From Bacteroidetes oral taxon 274 str. F0058 (GTDB lineage: Bacteria; Bacteroidota; Bacteroidia; Bacteroidales; Paludibacteraceae), in the NCBI GenBank assembly GCA_000163695.1, contig GG774889.1, positions 520,042-584,041 of the forward strand: DNA of 64,000 bases. The letters run 5' to 3'. Position 1 is the first letter of the stretch. Every line of letters begins with the position of its first letter. This document shows, one piece after another, positions 19,047 through 29,362 of this stretch. A program made the translations under genes and the position numbers. The notes under the pieces were generated by a model. That model was not told where the DNA came from and did no database searches. It saw nothing but the letters and a program-made list of their open reading frames with translations.

Positions 19047-20636
19047 ATGAATAAACTTTTTCAAAAAACTATTATCGCCCTGCTGGCGATAGTGTGGAGT
19101 GCCGCCACCATTCAGGCACAGAATGTAAATACTGATCGTTACATTAAGCTGACCGTAGAGCAAGGACAGAAGATTAAGTTAAGGCTGTGGGCAGATGCCG
19201 CAGGCACATCGGTAAAAATCGTAAGCGGTGCCCAAGAGCAGACAATAACGGTAGGTTCGGCGTGGTCTTCCGCTCAAGATTATACTGCCGGCGACGGTAC
19301 TATGACGATATACGGTAATGTGCAGAGATTAAACTGTGCAGGGAACGGCAAAAATATCATAGATATCGATCTTAGCCATAATACGCAGATGACTATGCTC
19401 TATTGCGAAGAGAATGCTCTCTCTACTCTCGACATTAGTAAAAATACTAAATTGACGAGATTGAGTTGCCAAAAGAATGCTCTTACTGCGCTCGACATCA
19501 GTCATAATAAGCAGCTGGAGTATTTAAGCTGCTTTTCGAACAAACTTAAAGCCCTCGACGTAAGTAGTAATGAACAGTTAGTATGGCTGTATTGTTACGA
19601 TAATGACTTTACCACAGCCTCTTTGGATGACCTTTTCTGCTCGCTACCCGATAGAGAAAATAAAAGTGTAGGAAAAATAGGACTCGTATTTAATGCTGCC
19701 TCTCCCGAAAAAGACAAAGTACTCGCCACCAATGGCAACAACGCTACCTCAAAAAATTGGAAGTTACAGTATTATGACGATGATATTGACATTAAAGGAT
19801 TTAAGGGTACATACTCGTGCGGTAGTAATGTTAATATGTCTCGTTACATAACGTTGACCGTACAAAAGGGTGCCGATATACAACTTGACCTCTGGGCGGA
19901 TGCTGCCGGTACTCCTGTGAAAATAGTGAGCGGCGACAGCGAGAAAGTTATAACCATAGGTACGGATTGGATGGGACCAAAGAGTTATGAAGCCGAAGCT
20001 AATACTATGACAATATACGGCAATGTGCAGAGGTTCGATTGTGACGATAATTCCGAAAATATTACAGGGATCGATATAAGCCACAATACGGAGTTGCAGC
20101 GTATGCTCTGTAACGGTAATGCTCTGACGGCTCTCGATATAAGTCACAATAAGCAATTGAGTTATCTGGCTTGCTACGGCAATAAGTTTACTGCCGCTAC
20201 CTTAGACGACATCTATTGCTCGCTACCCGACAGGAAAGGACAAACCGCAGGACAAATACTACCGTTGTTGGGAGGAAGTTCTTCCGACAACGGTAAGGTG
20301 CTTGCTACCAACGGCAGCAATGCTACTGCCAGAAATTGGAAAATACAGTATTATAGCGACGAAGCTGATATTACGGGCTTTACGGGTACACATTCGTGCA
20401 CAACCGGTATAGAAGATATAAAAAATACGAATGACATATCCGTTTACCCGAACCCTGTCAAAGACATTCTGAATATAGCCTCCGACAAACCTGTACACAG
20501 CATACGCATATACAACGTATACGGCACGGAAGTAGCTCACGCTTCCGATACGAACAGCGTCGACGTATCTCATCTGCCCGCAGGTGTCTATATGGTGCGT
20601 GCCGACGGCAAAGTAGTGAGGGTTATTAAGAAATAA
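19047..20636 (+). CDS. secreted LRR protein with two short modules and a T9SS C-terminal domain
   Basis: 529 aa; second module starts at NVNMSRYITLTV; each LRR block is short (~4-5 repeats); C-terminal domain conserved. Confidence 0.85.
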   Translation: MNKLFQKTIIALLAIVWSAATIQAQNVNTDRYIKLTVEQGQKIKLRLWADAAGTSVKIVSGAQEQTITVGSAWSSAQDYTAGDGTMTIYGNVQRLNCAGNGKNIIDIDLSHNTQMTMLYCEENALSTLDISKNTKLTRLSCQKNALTALDISHNKQLEYLSCFSNKLKALDVSSNEQLVWLYCYDNDFTTASLDDLFCSLPDRENKSVGKIGLVFNAASPEKDKVLATNGNNATSKNWKLQYYDDDIDIKGFKGTYSCGSNVNMSRYITLTVQKGADIQLDLWADAAGTPVKIVSGDSEKVITIGTDWMGPKSYEAEANTMTIYGNVQRFDCDDNSENITGIDISHNTELQRMLCNGNALTALDISHNKQLSYLACYGNKFTAATLDDIYCSLPDRKGQTAGQILPLLGGSSSDNGKVLATNGSNATARNWKIQYYSDEADITGFTGTHSCTTGIEDIKNTNDISVYPNPVKDILNIASDKPVHSIRIYNVYGTEVAHASDTNSVDVSHLPAGVYMVRADGKVVRVIKK

Positions 20637-20909
20637 ACATACCGGTTAAGCGTTCAGTCGCGTTGAGCTGTTTAACTGAATTGTAAAATAAAAAGGGAGG
20701 AGTAGTACAAGGCGACTGCTCCTCTCTTTATTGTTTGAGTGCTCGCACCTTACAATAATTAATATTTTTATTGAAAAACAAATTGTGGCTGTGTGTCAGA
20801 TGTTTATCTCTGGCGGCTTCTGAATTATCGATGCTATATTAAAAGAAATTTTTACTAATTTTGTCCTCCGAAAATACACTCATATTTAACTAATAATTTC
20901 AAACTAAAA

Positions 20910-23270
20910 ATGAATAGATTTTTTCAAAAGGTTCTTATCGCCGTGCTGGCGATAATAGTGTGTGGTGCTTCATCATTGCGGGCACAAAGTGTCAATATGG
21001 ATCGCTATATGACGATTACCGTCAAGCAAGGAGCAAGTATAAACTTCAGTATGTGGGCAGATGCTGCCGATACTCAGGTAAAAATAGTTAGCGGTAGCAA
21101 CGAGCAGACCATACCGGTAGATGCTTCTTGGACAGCTATGAATGATTATGTTGCCGGAGCCACTACTATAAAGATTTATGGTAATGTGCTTAAATTAAAC
21201 TGTTTTAGAAACGGACTTAACGTTACGGGATTGGACGTGAGCCACAATACTCAGTTGCAGGAATTAAATTGCTATAGCAATGGTCTTACCTCACTCGATA
21301 TAAGTGGAAATGCACAATTGGAGCTGTTGAGTTGCTATGACAATAAACTTACATCGCTGAATCTGAGTAACAGTCTGCAGCTGACGGAATTAAACTGTCA
21401 AGATAATTTTCTTACATCTCTCGATGTAAGTCGCAATACGAAACTGAAAGAATTATATTGTTACAAAAACTCTCTTACATCTCTTGTCTTAGGTGATAAT
21501 GCGAATTTAGAATGGTTGTATTGCTTCGACAACTCTATTTCTAAGCTCGACCTGAGCAAAAGTACACAGTTGGAACGATTGTTTTGTTATAATAATTCTA
21601 TTTCCACACTCGACCTAAGTCACAATACACAATTGCTATCATTGAATTGCCATGGCAATAAATTTACCACCGCCTCTATCGACGATATTTACTGTTCGCT
21701 GCCCGACAGAAAAGGAAATCCCACAGGAATGATATATCTTTTGTTTAATGCTTCGTCTGCCGATAAAGACAAGGTGCTCGCTTCGAATGGCGGTAATGCG
21801 ACCAATAAAAACTGGGAGGTGAAGTATTATGAAAGCAACTCGAATATTACGGGTTTTACCGGTACGCATCCTTGCGGAGGAGGCAGCGGGGTAAACACAG
21901 ACCGCTACATAACGCTCACAGTGAAGGAGCGTAAACAGATATGGCTCAACTTATGGGCAGATGCCGCCGATACTCAGGTAAAAATAGTTAGCGGCAGCAA
22001 CGAGAAGACCGTAACCGTTGGCGACAAATGGACAGAATGGAAAGATTATACCGCAGGTGCAGCTACTATGACCATTTACGGTAATGTGCGAAAACTCGAT
22101 TGTAGCAACAATAACACGAACATTACGGGCTTGGATGCAAGCCACAATGCACAATTGCAAGAATTATTGTGTTATAGCAATTCTCTTACTTCTCTCGACT
22201 TGAGCCACAATACTCAGCTAAAAGTGTTGGGTTGTTTCGCCAATTCTATTACCTCGCTCGATGTAAGCCACAATGCACAGCTGACCGAACTGGATTGCTC
22301 GGAGAACAAGATTTCGTCGCTCGACGTAAGCAAAAATACACAGTTGGTAAAGTTGTTTTGTCTGAAAAACTCCATCTCCACACTCGACGTAAGCCACGAT
22401 ACGCAATTGACATCGCTGAATTGCTCCGAGAATAAGATTTCGTCACTCGATGTGAGCAAAAATGTGAAGTTGGAGAAACTGCATTGTAACAAGAATGCCC
22501 TTACCTCAATCGACGTGAGCAAGAATTTACAACTGACGGGACTGGATTGCTCTGCAAACAAACTTAAGTCTATCGACGTAAGTAAAAATACGGTGTTGGA
22601 ATGGCTGTATTGTTTCGATAACTCCATCACCTCGCTTGATGTGAAGAACAATACGCAATTGAAAAATTTACGTTGCTTCAACAACAGTCTTGCCACGCTC
22701 GACGTAAGTAAAAATACTGAGCTCGAATGGCTTTATTGCTATGGGAACTCCCTTGCAGCTATCGATATAAGTAAAAATACGCAGTTGAAAGACTTCGTTT
22801 GCTATGGCAATAAATTTACTACTGCCTCTCTCGACGATATTTACTGTTCGCTACCCGACAGAAACGGTAAAGCAACTGGTATAATACGACCCGTACTCGA
22901 TGCTTCGGCACCCGATAACAGCAAGGCTCTTGCCTCTAATGGCAAAAACGCTACCGACAAAAACTGGAAGATAATGTATTATAAAGGCAATTCCGATATT
23001 ACGGGCTTTACGGGCACATATCAGTGCGGAGGCGGCACAGGCATCGACGAAACGAAAGACTCACCTGCACTTGCCGTCTACCCGAACCCCGTCAAAGATA
23101 TACTGAATATAGCTACCGACAAACCTGTACACAGCATACGCATATACAACGTGTATGGCACGGAAGTAGCCCAAGCCACCGATACCGACAGTATAGACCT
23201 CTCTCATCTGCCGTCAGGCGTCTATATGGTGCGTGCCGACGGCAAAGTAACGAGGATTATTAAGGAATAA
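20910..23270 (+). CDS. secreted LRR protein with two modules and a T9SS C-terminal domain
   Basis: 786 aa; the second LRR block contains internally duplicated repeats (...LDCSENKISSLDVSKNTQL... occurs twice) and shares an ~130-nt block with gene 10. Confidence 0.85.
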   Translation: MNRFFQKVLIAVLAIIVCGASSLRAQSVNMDRYMTITVKQGASINFSMWADAADTQVKIVSGSNEQTIPVDASWTAMNDYVAGATTIKIYGNVLKLNCFRNGLNVTGLDVSHNTQLQELNCYSNGLTSLDISGNAQLELLSCYDNKLTSLNLSNSLQLTELNCQDNFLTSLDVSRNTKLKELYCYKNSLTSLVLGDNANLEWLYCFDNSISKLDLSKSTQLERLFCYNNSISTLDLSHNTQLLSLNCHGNKFTTASIDDIYCSLPDRKGNPTGMIYLLFNASSADKDKVLASNGGNATNKNWEVKYYESNSNITGFTGTHPCGGGSGVNTDRYITLTVKERKQIWLNLWADAADTQVKIVSGSNEKTVTVGDKWTEWKDYTAGAATMTIYGNVRKLDCSNNNTNITGLDASHNAQLQELLCYSNSLTSLDLSHNTQLKVLGCFANSITSLDVSHNAQLTELDCSENKISSLDVSKNTQLVKLFCLKNSISTLDVSHDTQLTSLNCSENKISSLDVSKNVKLEKLHCNKNALTSIDVSKNLQLTGLDCSANKLKSIDVSKNTVLEWLYCFDNSITSLDVKNNTQLKNLRCFNNSLATLDVSKNTELEWLYCYGNSLAAIDISKNTQLKDFVCYGNKFTTASLDDIYCSLPDRNGKATGIIRPVLDASAPDNSKALASNGKNATDKNWKIMYYKGNSDITGFTGTYQCGGGTGIDETKDSPALAVYPNPVKDILNIATDKPVHSIRIYNVYGTEVAQATDTDSIDLSHLPSGVYMVRADGKVTRIIKE

Positions 23271-23558
23271 ATAGACTGTTTAAACGTTCAGTCGTTGAAT
23301 TGTTTAACTGATTTTGATAAAAAACGGGGAGTAGCGTAGAACTGCTCCTCGTTTTATTCTTTGCGTTGTCTTAGTTAATATTGTGGTTTATTTTTACTGA
23401 TTTTTACCTACTAAAACTATGGTAATTGTTTATGCAAAAATAACTTTTATAATTTGAGCTATTTTATTAACTTTGCGTCCCGAAAAATTTGTTTAAAAAA
23501 TACCCGAATTATAAACTAAAAATTATAACTAATATATTAACTAAAATTTTACACAAAA

Positions 23559-24473
23559 ATGCAGAAGTTTTTTGTAACGATTGCTATTGCCATTATAGCG
23601 GCGATATGGAGTATGCCTTTGCAGGCAGAAGATTACAACATCAAAATCGGAGGTAAGGCTATAACTTCCGATAACTACAAAAAAATTACCAAAGAAAACG
23701 GCTTTGATGCCATAAAGAGTGGAACGGTAAGCTACGCCCACGATACGCGTACCCTGACTCTTATTGACGTCATTATAGAGGCGGATAAAAATGTCAACCC
23801 AATAGACATCATCAACACCGAGGAATTGTACACCATTAAGCTCGAGGGTGATAACAAAGTTACTGCCGTAGGAAAATGTAGGGGAATAAACAACAGCAAA
23901 GGTTCGCTGCGTATTACGGGCAGCGGAAAAGTCTCGGTCTCCGGCGATATCTCAATATTCGCTATGAAGAGGCTGACTTTCGATGGAGGCTGTAATGTCA
24001 ATGCAAGTGCTCAGGTAATGGCTTACAACGAAGATATTATAATAGACGGTGTGGAAATGTATGTTAAGGAGAATGGATATCCTGCATTCTGGGCAAGAAC
24101 AGGTATCGAACTCAAAGGTGGTAGCGTGGTAGTCTATCCGGAAGATGCAGTCGTAGGTCAGAAGACAAGTGCAAGCGGCTCTTATTACACATTTATGAGA
24201 AATGAGGAGCATTGTACAGAGGTACGCATAGGTCGCGGCACAGGCATCGACGAAGCGAAAAACTCGCCTTCACTCGCCGTCTACCCGAACCCCGTCAAAG
24301 ATATACTGAATATAGCTACCGACAAACCGGTACACAGCATACGCATATACAACGTATACGGCTCGGAAGTACTCCGAGCTGCCGATACCAACCGTATCGA
24401 CGTATCTCATCTGCCCGCAGGCGTCTATATGGTGAGTGCCGACGGCAAGGTAACGAGGATTATTAAGAAATAA
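23559..24473 (+). CDS. non-LRR secreted protein carrying the same T9SS C-terminal domain (passenger-swapped array member)
   Basis: 304 aa; signal peptide, then a ~220-aa passenger with no LRR and no N-domain motif (GGKAITSDNYKK...VVVYPEDAVVGQK...), then RGTGIDEAKNSPSLAVYPNPVKDILNIATDKPVHSIRIYNVYGSEV...RIIKK. The flanking spacer elements match the rest of the array. Confidence 0.8.
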   Translation: MQKFFVTIAIAIIAAIWSMPLQAEDYNIKIGGKAITSDNYKKITKENGFDAIKSGTVSYAHDTRTLTLIDVIIEADKNVNPIDIINTEELYTIKLEGDNKVTAVGKCRGINNSKGSLRITGSGKVSVSGDISIFAMKRLTFDGGCNVNASAQVMAYNEDIIIDGVEMYVKENGYPAFWARTGIELKGGSVVVYPEDAVVGQKTSASGSYYTFMRNEEHCTEVRIGRGTGIDEAKNSPSLAVYPNPVKDILNIATDKPVHSIRIYNVYGSEVLRAADTNRIDVSHLPAGVYMVSADGKVTRIIKK

Positions 24474-24765
24474 ATATACTGTTTAAACGTTCAGTCGTTG
24501 AATTGTTTAACTGATTATGATAAAAAAACGGGGAGTGGAGTTAATACCGCTCCTCGTTTTGTGATTTGCGTTGTCTTAGTTAATATTGCGGTTGGTTTTT
24601 GCTGATAGTTGCCCACTTTAAATTGTAGTAATTGTTTTTGCAGAAATAACTTTTATAATTTAAGCTATTTTATTAACTTTGCCGCTGCTAATGCGGGAAA
24701 AGAAGAAGCATAAAAATAGGTTCAGAATAATATTTTTTTTATTCATTAAATAATTCGTACAGAAG

Positions 24766-27525
24766 ATGAAAAGTGTTTTTCAAAAATGTCTTATCGCCCT
24801 TTTGGCGATATTGTGGGGTGTCTCCTCGGTGCAGGCACAGAGTGTCAATATGTCTCGTTACATTACGCTGACCGTAAAGGAGGGTGCAGATATAAAACTT
24901 GACCTCTGGGCAGATGCTATCGGCACGCCGGTGAAAATAGTCAGCGGCAACCAAGAGAAGACTATAACTGTGGGTAAAGATTGGATTGGCTATAAGGGTT
25001 ATGCTGCCGGAGCCGGCACTATGACCATTTACGGCAATGTGCTCAGATTTGATTGCAACTCCAACGACGATAATATTACGGCATTAGACATAAGCCACAA
25101 TACTGAACTGACAGTTTTGTATTGCTACAAGAATGCCCTTAATACCCTCGACGTAAGCCACAATAATAAACTCAAAGTTTTGTATTGTTATGGGAATAAA
25201 TTTACCACCGCAGTCATAGACGATATTTTTTGCTCTCTTCCCGATATGAAAGGACAAAAAAGCGGAGAAATACAGCCCGCCCTCGACGATTCATCTCCTG
25301 ACAACAACATAGTGTTGGCAGCCAACGGCAAGAACGCTACCGACAAAAATTGGAAGATACGGTATTTTGACGACAACTCCGATATTACGGGCTTCAAGGG
25401 AACTAAGCAGTGTGGTGGCGGAGTCGATATGTCTCGTTATATTACGTTGACCGTAAAAAAAGACGAGAAAATACATCTGAATATTTGGGCGGAAGCTGCC
25501 GATACGCCTATAAAAGTAGTGAGCGGCGACAAAGAACAGACCCTAACGGTCGGTACTGCCTGGACTGGTTATCGTAATTATATTGCCGGAGCGGGTAGTA
25601 TGACGGTCTATGGTAAAGTGTTGAAGTTCGATTGTAACGAGAATATGGAAAATATTACGGGAATCGATGTAAGCCACAATACCCAGCTGGCGTTTTTAGA
25701 TTGCGGCTCCAACTCTCTTACAACTCTTGACGTAAGCAACAACAAGGAACTGGTTAATTTAGGCTGCGGTAGTAATTCGCTATCCTCTATTGACGTGAAA
25801 AATAATACTAAATTGGAGTGGTTTGACTGTAAAGACAACTCTCTTACGTCGCTCGATGTAACCAAAAATACCCAGCTGAAATGGCTGGGTTGTAACGATA
25901 ACAGCATCTCTATGCTCGACATAAAAAACAATACTATGTTGAGAATATTGTATTGCTATAATAACTCTCTTACGTCGCTCGATGTAGCCAATAATACACA
26001 ATTGCAGGGATTGTATTGCCAAGACAATAATTTTACCACCGAAGCTTTGGACGATATTTTCTGTTCGCTGCCCGATAGGAAAGGAACAACCAACGGAATA
26101 GCACAACTTTTGTTCGATGCTTCGTCGTCCGATAAAAGCAAAGTACTTGCTGCTAACGGTAGTAATGCGACCAATAAAAATTGGAAAGTTCAGTATTTTG
26201 GAGACGATGCCGATATTACGGGTTTCACGGGTACTAAGCAGTGTGGCGGCGGTAGCGGTGTCAATATGGACAGATACATTACTATGACTGTCGATAAGGG
26301 TAAGGATATATACCTAAGTGTTTATGCCTCCGCAGATAACACTCCGATAAAAGTAGTGAGTGGCAACAAAGAGTATACCTTCAATGCAAGTATCGGCTGG
26401 ACAAAAATGAGCCAATACACTGCCGGAGCAGGTACTATGACAATATACGGTAATGTGCTGAGATTCAATTGCAGCAAAAACGGCACAAAAATTATGGGGC
26501 TTGATGTAGGTCATAATACAGATTTGGTGAATTTATTATGTTACGAAAATGCAATCCTGACCCTCGACGTAAGTAAAAATACACAATTGGAATACCTGCG
26601 TTGTGATAAAAACCAAATATCGACTATTGATCTGAAAAACTGTCCGTCTCTGAAAGTATTGATTTGCGGTACCAACACCATATCCACGCTCGACGTAAGT
26701 AAAAATAATGAGCTCGAATGGTTGATGTGCGATGATAACTCCATTAAGTCGCTCGATGTAAGCAAAAAACCGAAATTAACAATGATAAATTGTCAAATCA
26801 ACAAAATTACATCGCTCAACGTAAGTAACAATCCGAAATTGACCTCTTTGCAGTGTTACGATAATTCGATTACTTCTCTGAATGTTGCCGAAAGTACGTT
26901 ATTGGAAGAACTATATTGCGAAAGAAATAAGATAGAAACATTAGATATTAGTCGAAACACGGCACTAAAAATATTTGACTGCTCCAACAACCTTATCACT
27001 GCGATTGATGCAAGTAAAAATACGAAACTGACGGAACTAACCTGTTATGGCAATCCATTGACTACTGCTGCGTTAGATGATATGTATTGTTTGCTGCCCA
27101 CTGTTACCGGTACTACCGATTATGGCGACCCAATAGGCATTTACCCTATGTACAACTCCGATGATGCCAACAGTGCAGTCGTACTCGCCTCTAACGGCAA
27201 GAACGCTACCGACAAAAATTGGAAAATTGCTTATTATGAAAGTGCCGATAATATTACAGGCTTTACGGGCACACATCAGTGCGGAGGCGGCACAGGTATC
27301 GACGAAACGAAAGGTTTACCCTCACTCGCCGTCTACCCGAACCCCGTCAAAGATGTCTTGAATATAGCTACCGACAAACCGGTGCACAGCATACGCATAT
27401 ACAACGTATACGGCACGGAAGTAGCCCAAGCCGCCGATACCAAGAGTATCAATGTGTCGCACCTGCCCGCAGGCGTCTATATGGTGAGTGCCGACGGCAA
27501 AGTAACGAGGATTATAAAAGAATAA
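24766..27525 (+). CDS. secreted LRR protein with three modules and a T9SS C-terminal domain
   Basis: 919 aa; modules restart at GVDMSRYITLTV and GVNMDRYITMTV; the third N-domain is ~85% nt-identical to the third N-domain of gene 2. Confidence 0.85.
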   Translation: MKSVFQKCLIALLAILWGVSSVQAQSVNMSRYITLTVKEGADIKLDLWADAIGTPVKIVSGNQEKTITVGKDWIGYKGYAAGAGTMTIYGNVLRFDCNSNDDNITALDISHNTELTVLYCYKNALNTLDVSHNNKLKVLYCYGNKFTTAVIDDIFCSLPDMKGQKSGEIQPALDDSSPDNNIVLAANGKNATDKNWKIRYFDDNSDITGFKGTKQCGGGVDMSRYITLTVKKDEKIHLNIWAEAADTPIKVVSGDKEQTLTVGTAWTGYRNYIAGAGSMTVYGKVLKFDCNENMENITGIDVSHNTQLAFLDCGSNSLTTLDVSNNKELVNLGCGSNSLSSIDVKNNTKLEWFDCKDNSLTSLDVTKNTQLKWLGCNDNSISMLDIKNNTMLRILYCYNNSLTSLDVANNTQLQGLYCQDNNFTTEALDDIFCSLPDRKGTTNGIAQLLFDASSSDKSKVLAANGSNATNKNWKVQYFGDDADITGFTGTKQCGGGSGVNMDRYITMTVDKGKDIYLSVYASADNTPIKVVSGNKEYTFNASIGWTKMSQYTAGAGTMTIYGNVLRFNCSKNGTKIMGLDVGHNTDLVNLLCYENAILTLDVSKNTQLEYLRCDKNQISTIDLKNCPSLKVLICGTNTISTLDVSKNNELEWLMCDDNSIKSLDVSKKPKLTMINCQINKITSLNVSNNPKLTSLQCYDNSITSLNVAESTLLEELYCERNKIETLDISRNTALKIFDCSNNLITAIDASKNTKLTELTCYGNPLTTAALDDMYCLLPTVTGTTDYGDPIGIYPMYNSDDANSAVVLASNGKNATDKNWKIAYYESADNITGFTGTHQCGGGTGIDETKGLPSLAVYPNPVKDVLNIATDKPVHSIRIYNVYGTEVAQAADTKSINVSHLPAGVYMVSADGKVTRIIKE

Positions 27526-27868
27526 ATGCCGTTTAAACGTTCGATTGTTGAACTGTTTAACTGAGGTTTTCATTAAAAACGGGGAGCATAACAAGAATTG
27601 TTCCTCGTTTTTTGTTATGTTTTTGGTGATTCATCTTTTATAGGATTTGCTAACCAATGGCTTGTAATTCATAAGCTTTATTTCACTACGAAAATTACCA
27701 TAGATTATCTAAATAACACAGTATGATTTTTATAATGGAGCCTGAACACCGTTAAAAAAGTTTTTTATTAACTTCGCCGACTAAAAAGTAAAAATCAGAT
27801 ATGGGTTGATATTTGTTTGAATTTCAGGAATTTTCATAAATAATAAATATATAATAATCAATAAAAAA

Positions 27869-29077
27869 ATGAGTAAACTTTTTCGAAAAAAAATGATTGT
27901 TGCCATTTTGGCAATAATGTGCGGTGCTGCCATCGTGCAGGCACAAGAGGTAAATATGTCTCGCTACGTTACATTGAATGTAACAAAGAATGAAAAAGCG
28001 TCGCTTAGCCTCACAGCCGACGCAGACAACACTCCGTTGAAAATAGTAAGCGGCGGTCAGGAAAATGCCGTAACTATCGGTACATCGTGGACAGATAGCA
28101 AAGAGTACGCCTCAGTAGACGGTACTATAACAATCTACGGTAATGTGCAGAAAATCAATTGTAGTAATAACGATAAAAAGTTGACAGGTATCGACGTAAG
28201 CCATAATGCCGAGCTAACCATACTGTTTTGCTTCAAAAACGCTCTTACTACGCTCGACGTAGGTAATCTTACCAAGTTGGAGTATTTATATTGCAACGAC
28301 AATAAACTTACCTCGCTTGATTTAAGCAAAAACAAACAATTGTCGAAATTAAATTGCTTCGGAAATACTATATCTTCACTGGATCTAAGTCAAAATTCAC
28401 AATTGGAAATCGTGCGTTGCTACAAGAATGTACTTACTAAGTTCAATATAAACGGCTGCAACCAACTGACACTTCTGCACTGCGGAGAGAATCGTCTTAC
28501 CTCGCTCGATGTAAGTGCAAATACAAAACTCGAACGTCTGTATTGTGATAATAATGATATATCCAAACTTGATGTAAGCAACAATGAGCAACTGAATACG
28601 TTGTTTTGTTACAACAATAAATTATCCGTAGAGGCTTTCGATGACCTTTTTTGTTCTTTGCCTAATAGAAAAGATAAAGAAGCGGGTAAAATAGCCCCTA
28701 CCCTCAATAAGTCGTCTGCCGAAAAAGACAAAATACTCTCCACCAATGGTATAAATGCTATTACAAGAAACTGGGATGTACAGTATTATGAAGAGGAATA
28801 CAATATTAGCGGTTTCAAAGGCACACATCAGTGCGGAGGCAGTACAGGCATCGACGAAACGAAAGGCTTGCCTGCACTCGCCGTTTACCCGAACCCTGTC
28901 AAAGATGTCCTGAATATAGCTACCGACAAACCGGTGCACAGCATACGCATATACAACGCGTACGGCACGGAAGTAGCCCACGCCGCCGACGCTACGAGTA
29001 TCGATGTATCGCAGCTGCCCGCAGGCGTCTATATGGTGCGTGCCGACGGCAAGGTAACCAGAATTATTAAGGAATAA
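27869..29077 (+). CDS. secreted LRR protein with one module and a T9SS C-terminal domain
   Basis: 402 aa; signal peptide, N-domain, ~8 LRRs, linker and conserved C-terminal domain. Confidence 0.85.
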   Translation: MSKLFRKKMIVAILAIMCGAAIVQAQEVNMSRYVTLNVTKNEKASLSLTADADNTPLKIVSGGQENAVTIGTSWTDSKEYASVDGTITIYGNVQKINCSNNDKKLTGIDVSHNAELTILFCFKNALTTLDVGNLTKLEYLYCNDNKLTSLDLSKNKQLSKLNCFGNTISSLDLSQNSQLEIVRCYKNVLTKFNINGCNQLTLLHCGENRLTSLDVSANTKLERLYCDNNDISKLDVSNNEQLNTLFCYNNKLSVEAFDDLFCSLPNRKDKEAGKIAPTLNKSSAEKDKILSTNGINAITRNWDVQYYEEEYNISGFKGTHQCGGSTGIDETKGLPALAVYPNPVKDVLNIATDKPVHSIRIYNAYGTEVAHAADATSIDVSQLPAGVYMVRADGKVTRIIKE

Positions 29078-29362
29078 GTATGCTTGTTGGGACGTTCAAT
29101 CGTTGAACTGTTTAACAGAGTCTCATATAAAAAACGGGGAGTAGTGTAGAGCTGCTCCTCGTTTTGTTGATTGAATTTTTGAAACTATTATTTCTGTATG
29201 TGATTTATATCTCTTGATTATTAAGGCGTTATGGTTGCTTTTCGTAAAAAAATTTTTATAATTTAGTTTCTTTTCATAACTTTGCATCGGCAGAGAATAA
29301 AATAAGTTAGTGTATTAGAATGAGTAAATGTTTTTTAATTAATTAAATAAAAATGCATTAAT

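Noticed and set aside
18757-19050. 97-aa ORF in the spacer between LRR genes 4 and 5
   Set aside because: It spans the terminator, the -7 promoter motif and the leader of gene 5. It is Cys/Phe-rich and low-complexity, and it is not conserved in the other nine spacers.
22214-22696. Many 60-190-aa minus-strand ORFs inside the LRR genes (e.g. 9414-9686, 12391-12639, 15611-16015, 17453-17743, 22214-22696, 25608-25931, 57703-58365) with periodic sequences such as ...LLTSS...ELS.QY...
   Set aside because: They are the antisense reading of the 66-bp-period LRR coding repeats, which are stop-poor by composition. They have no independent promoters or starts, and each lies wholly inside a well-supported forward gene.
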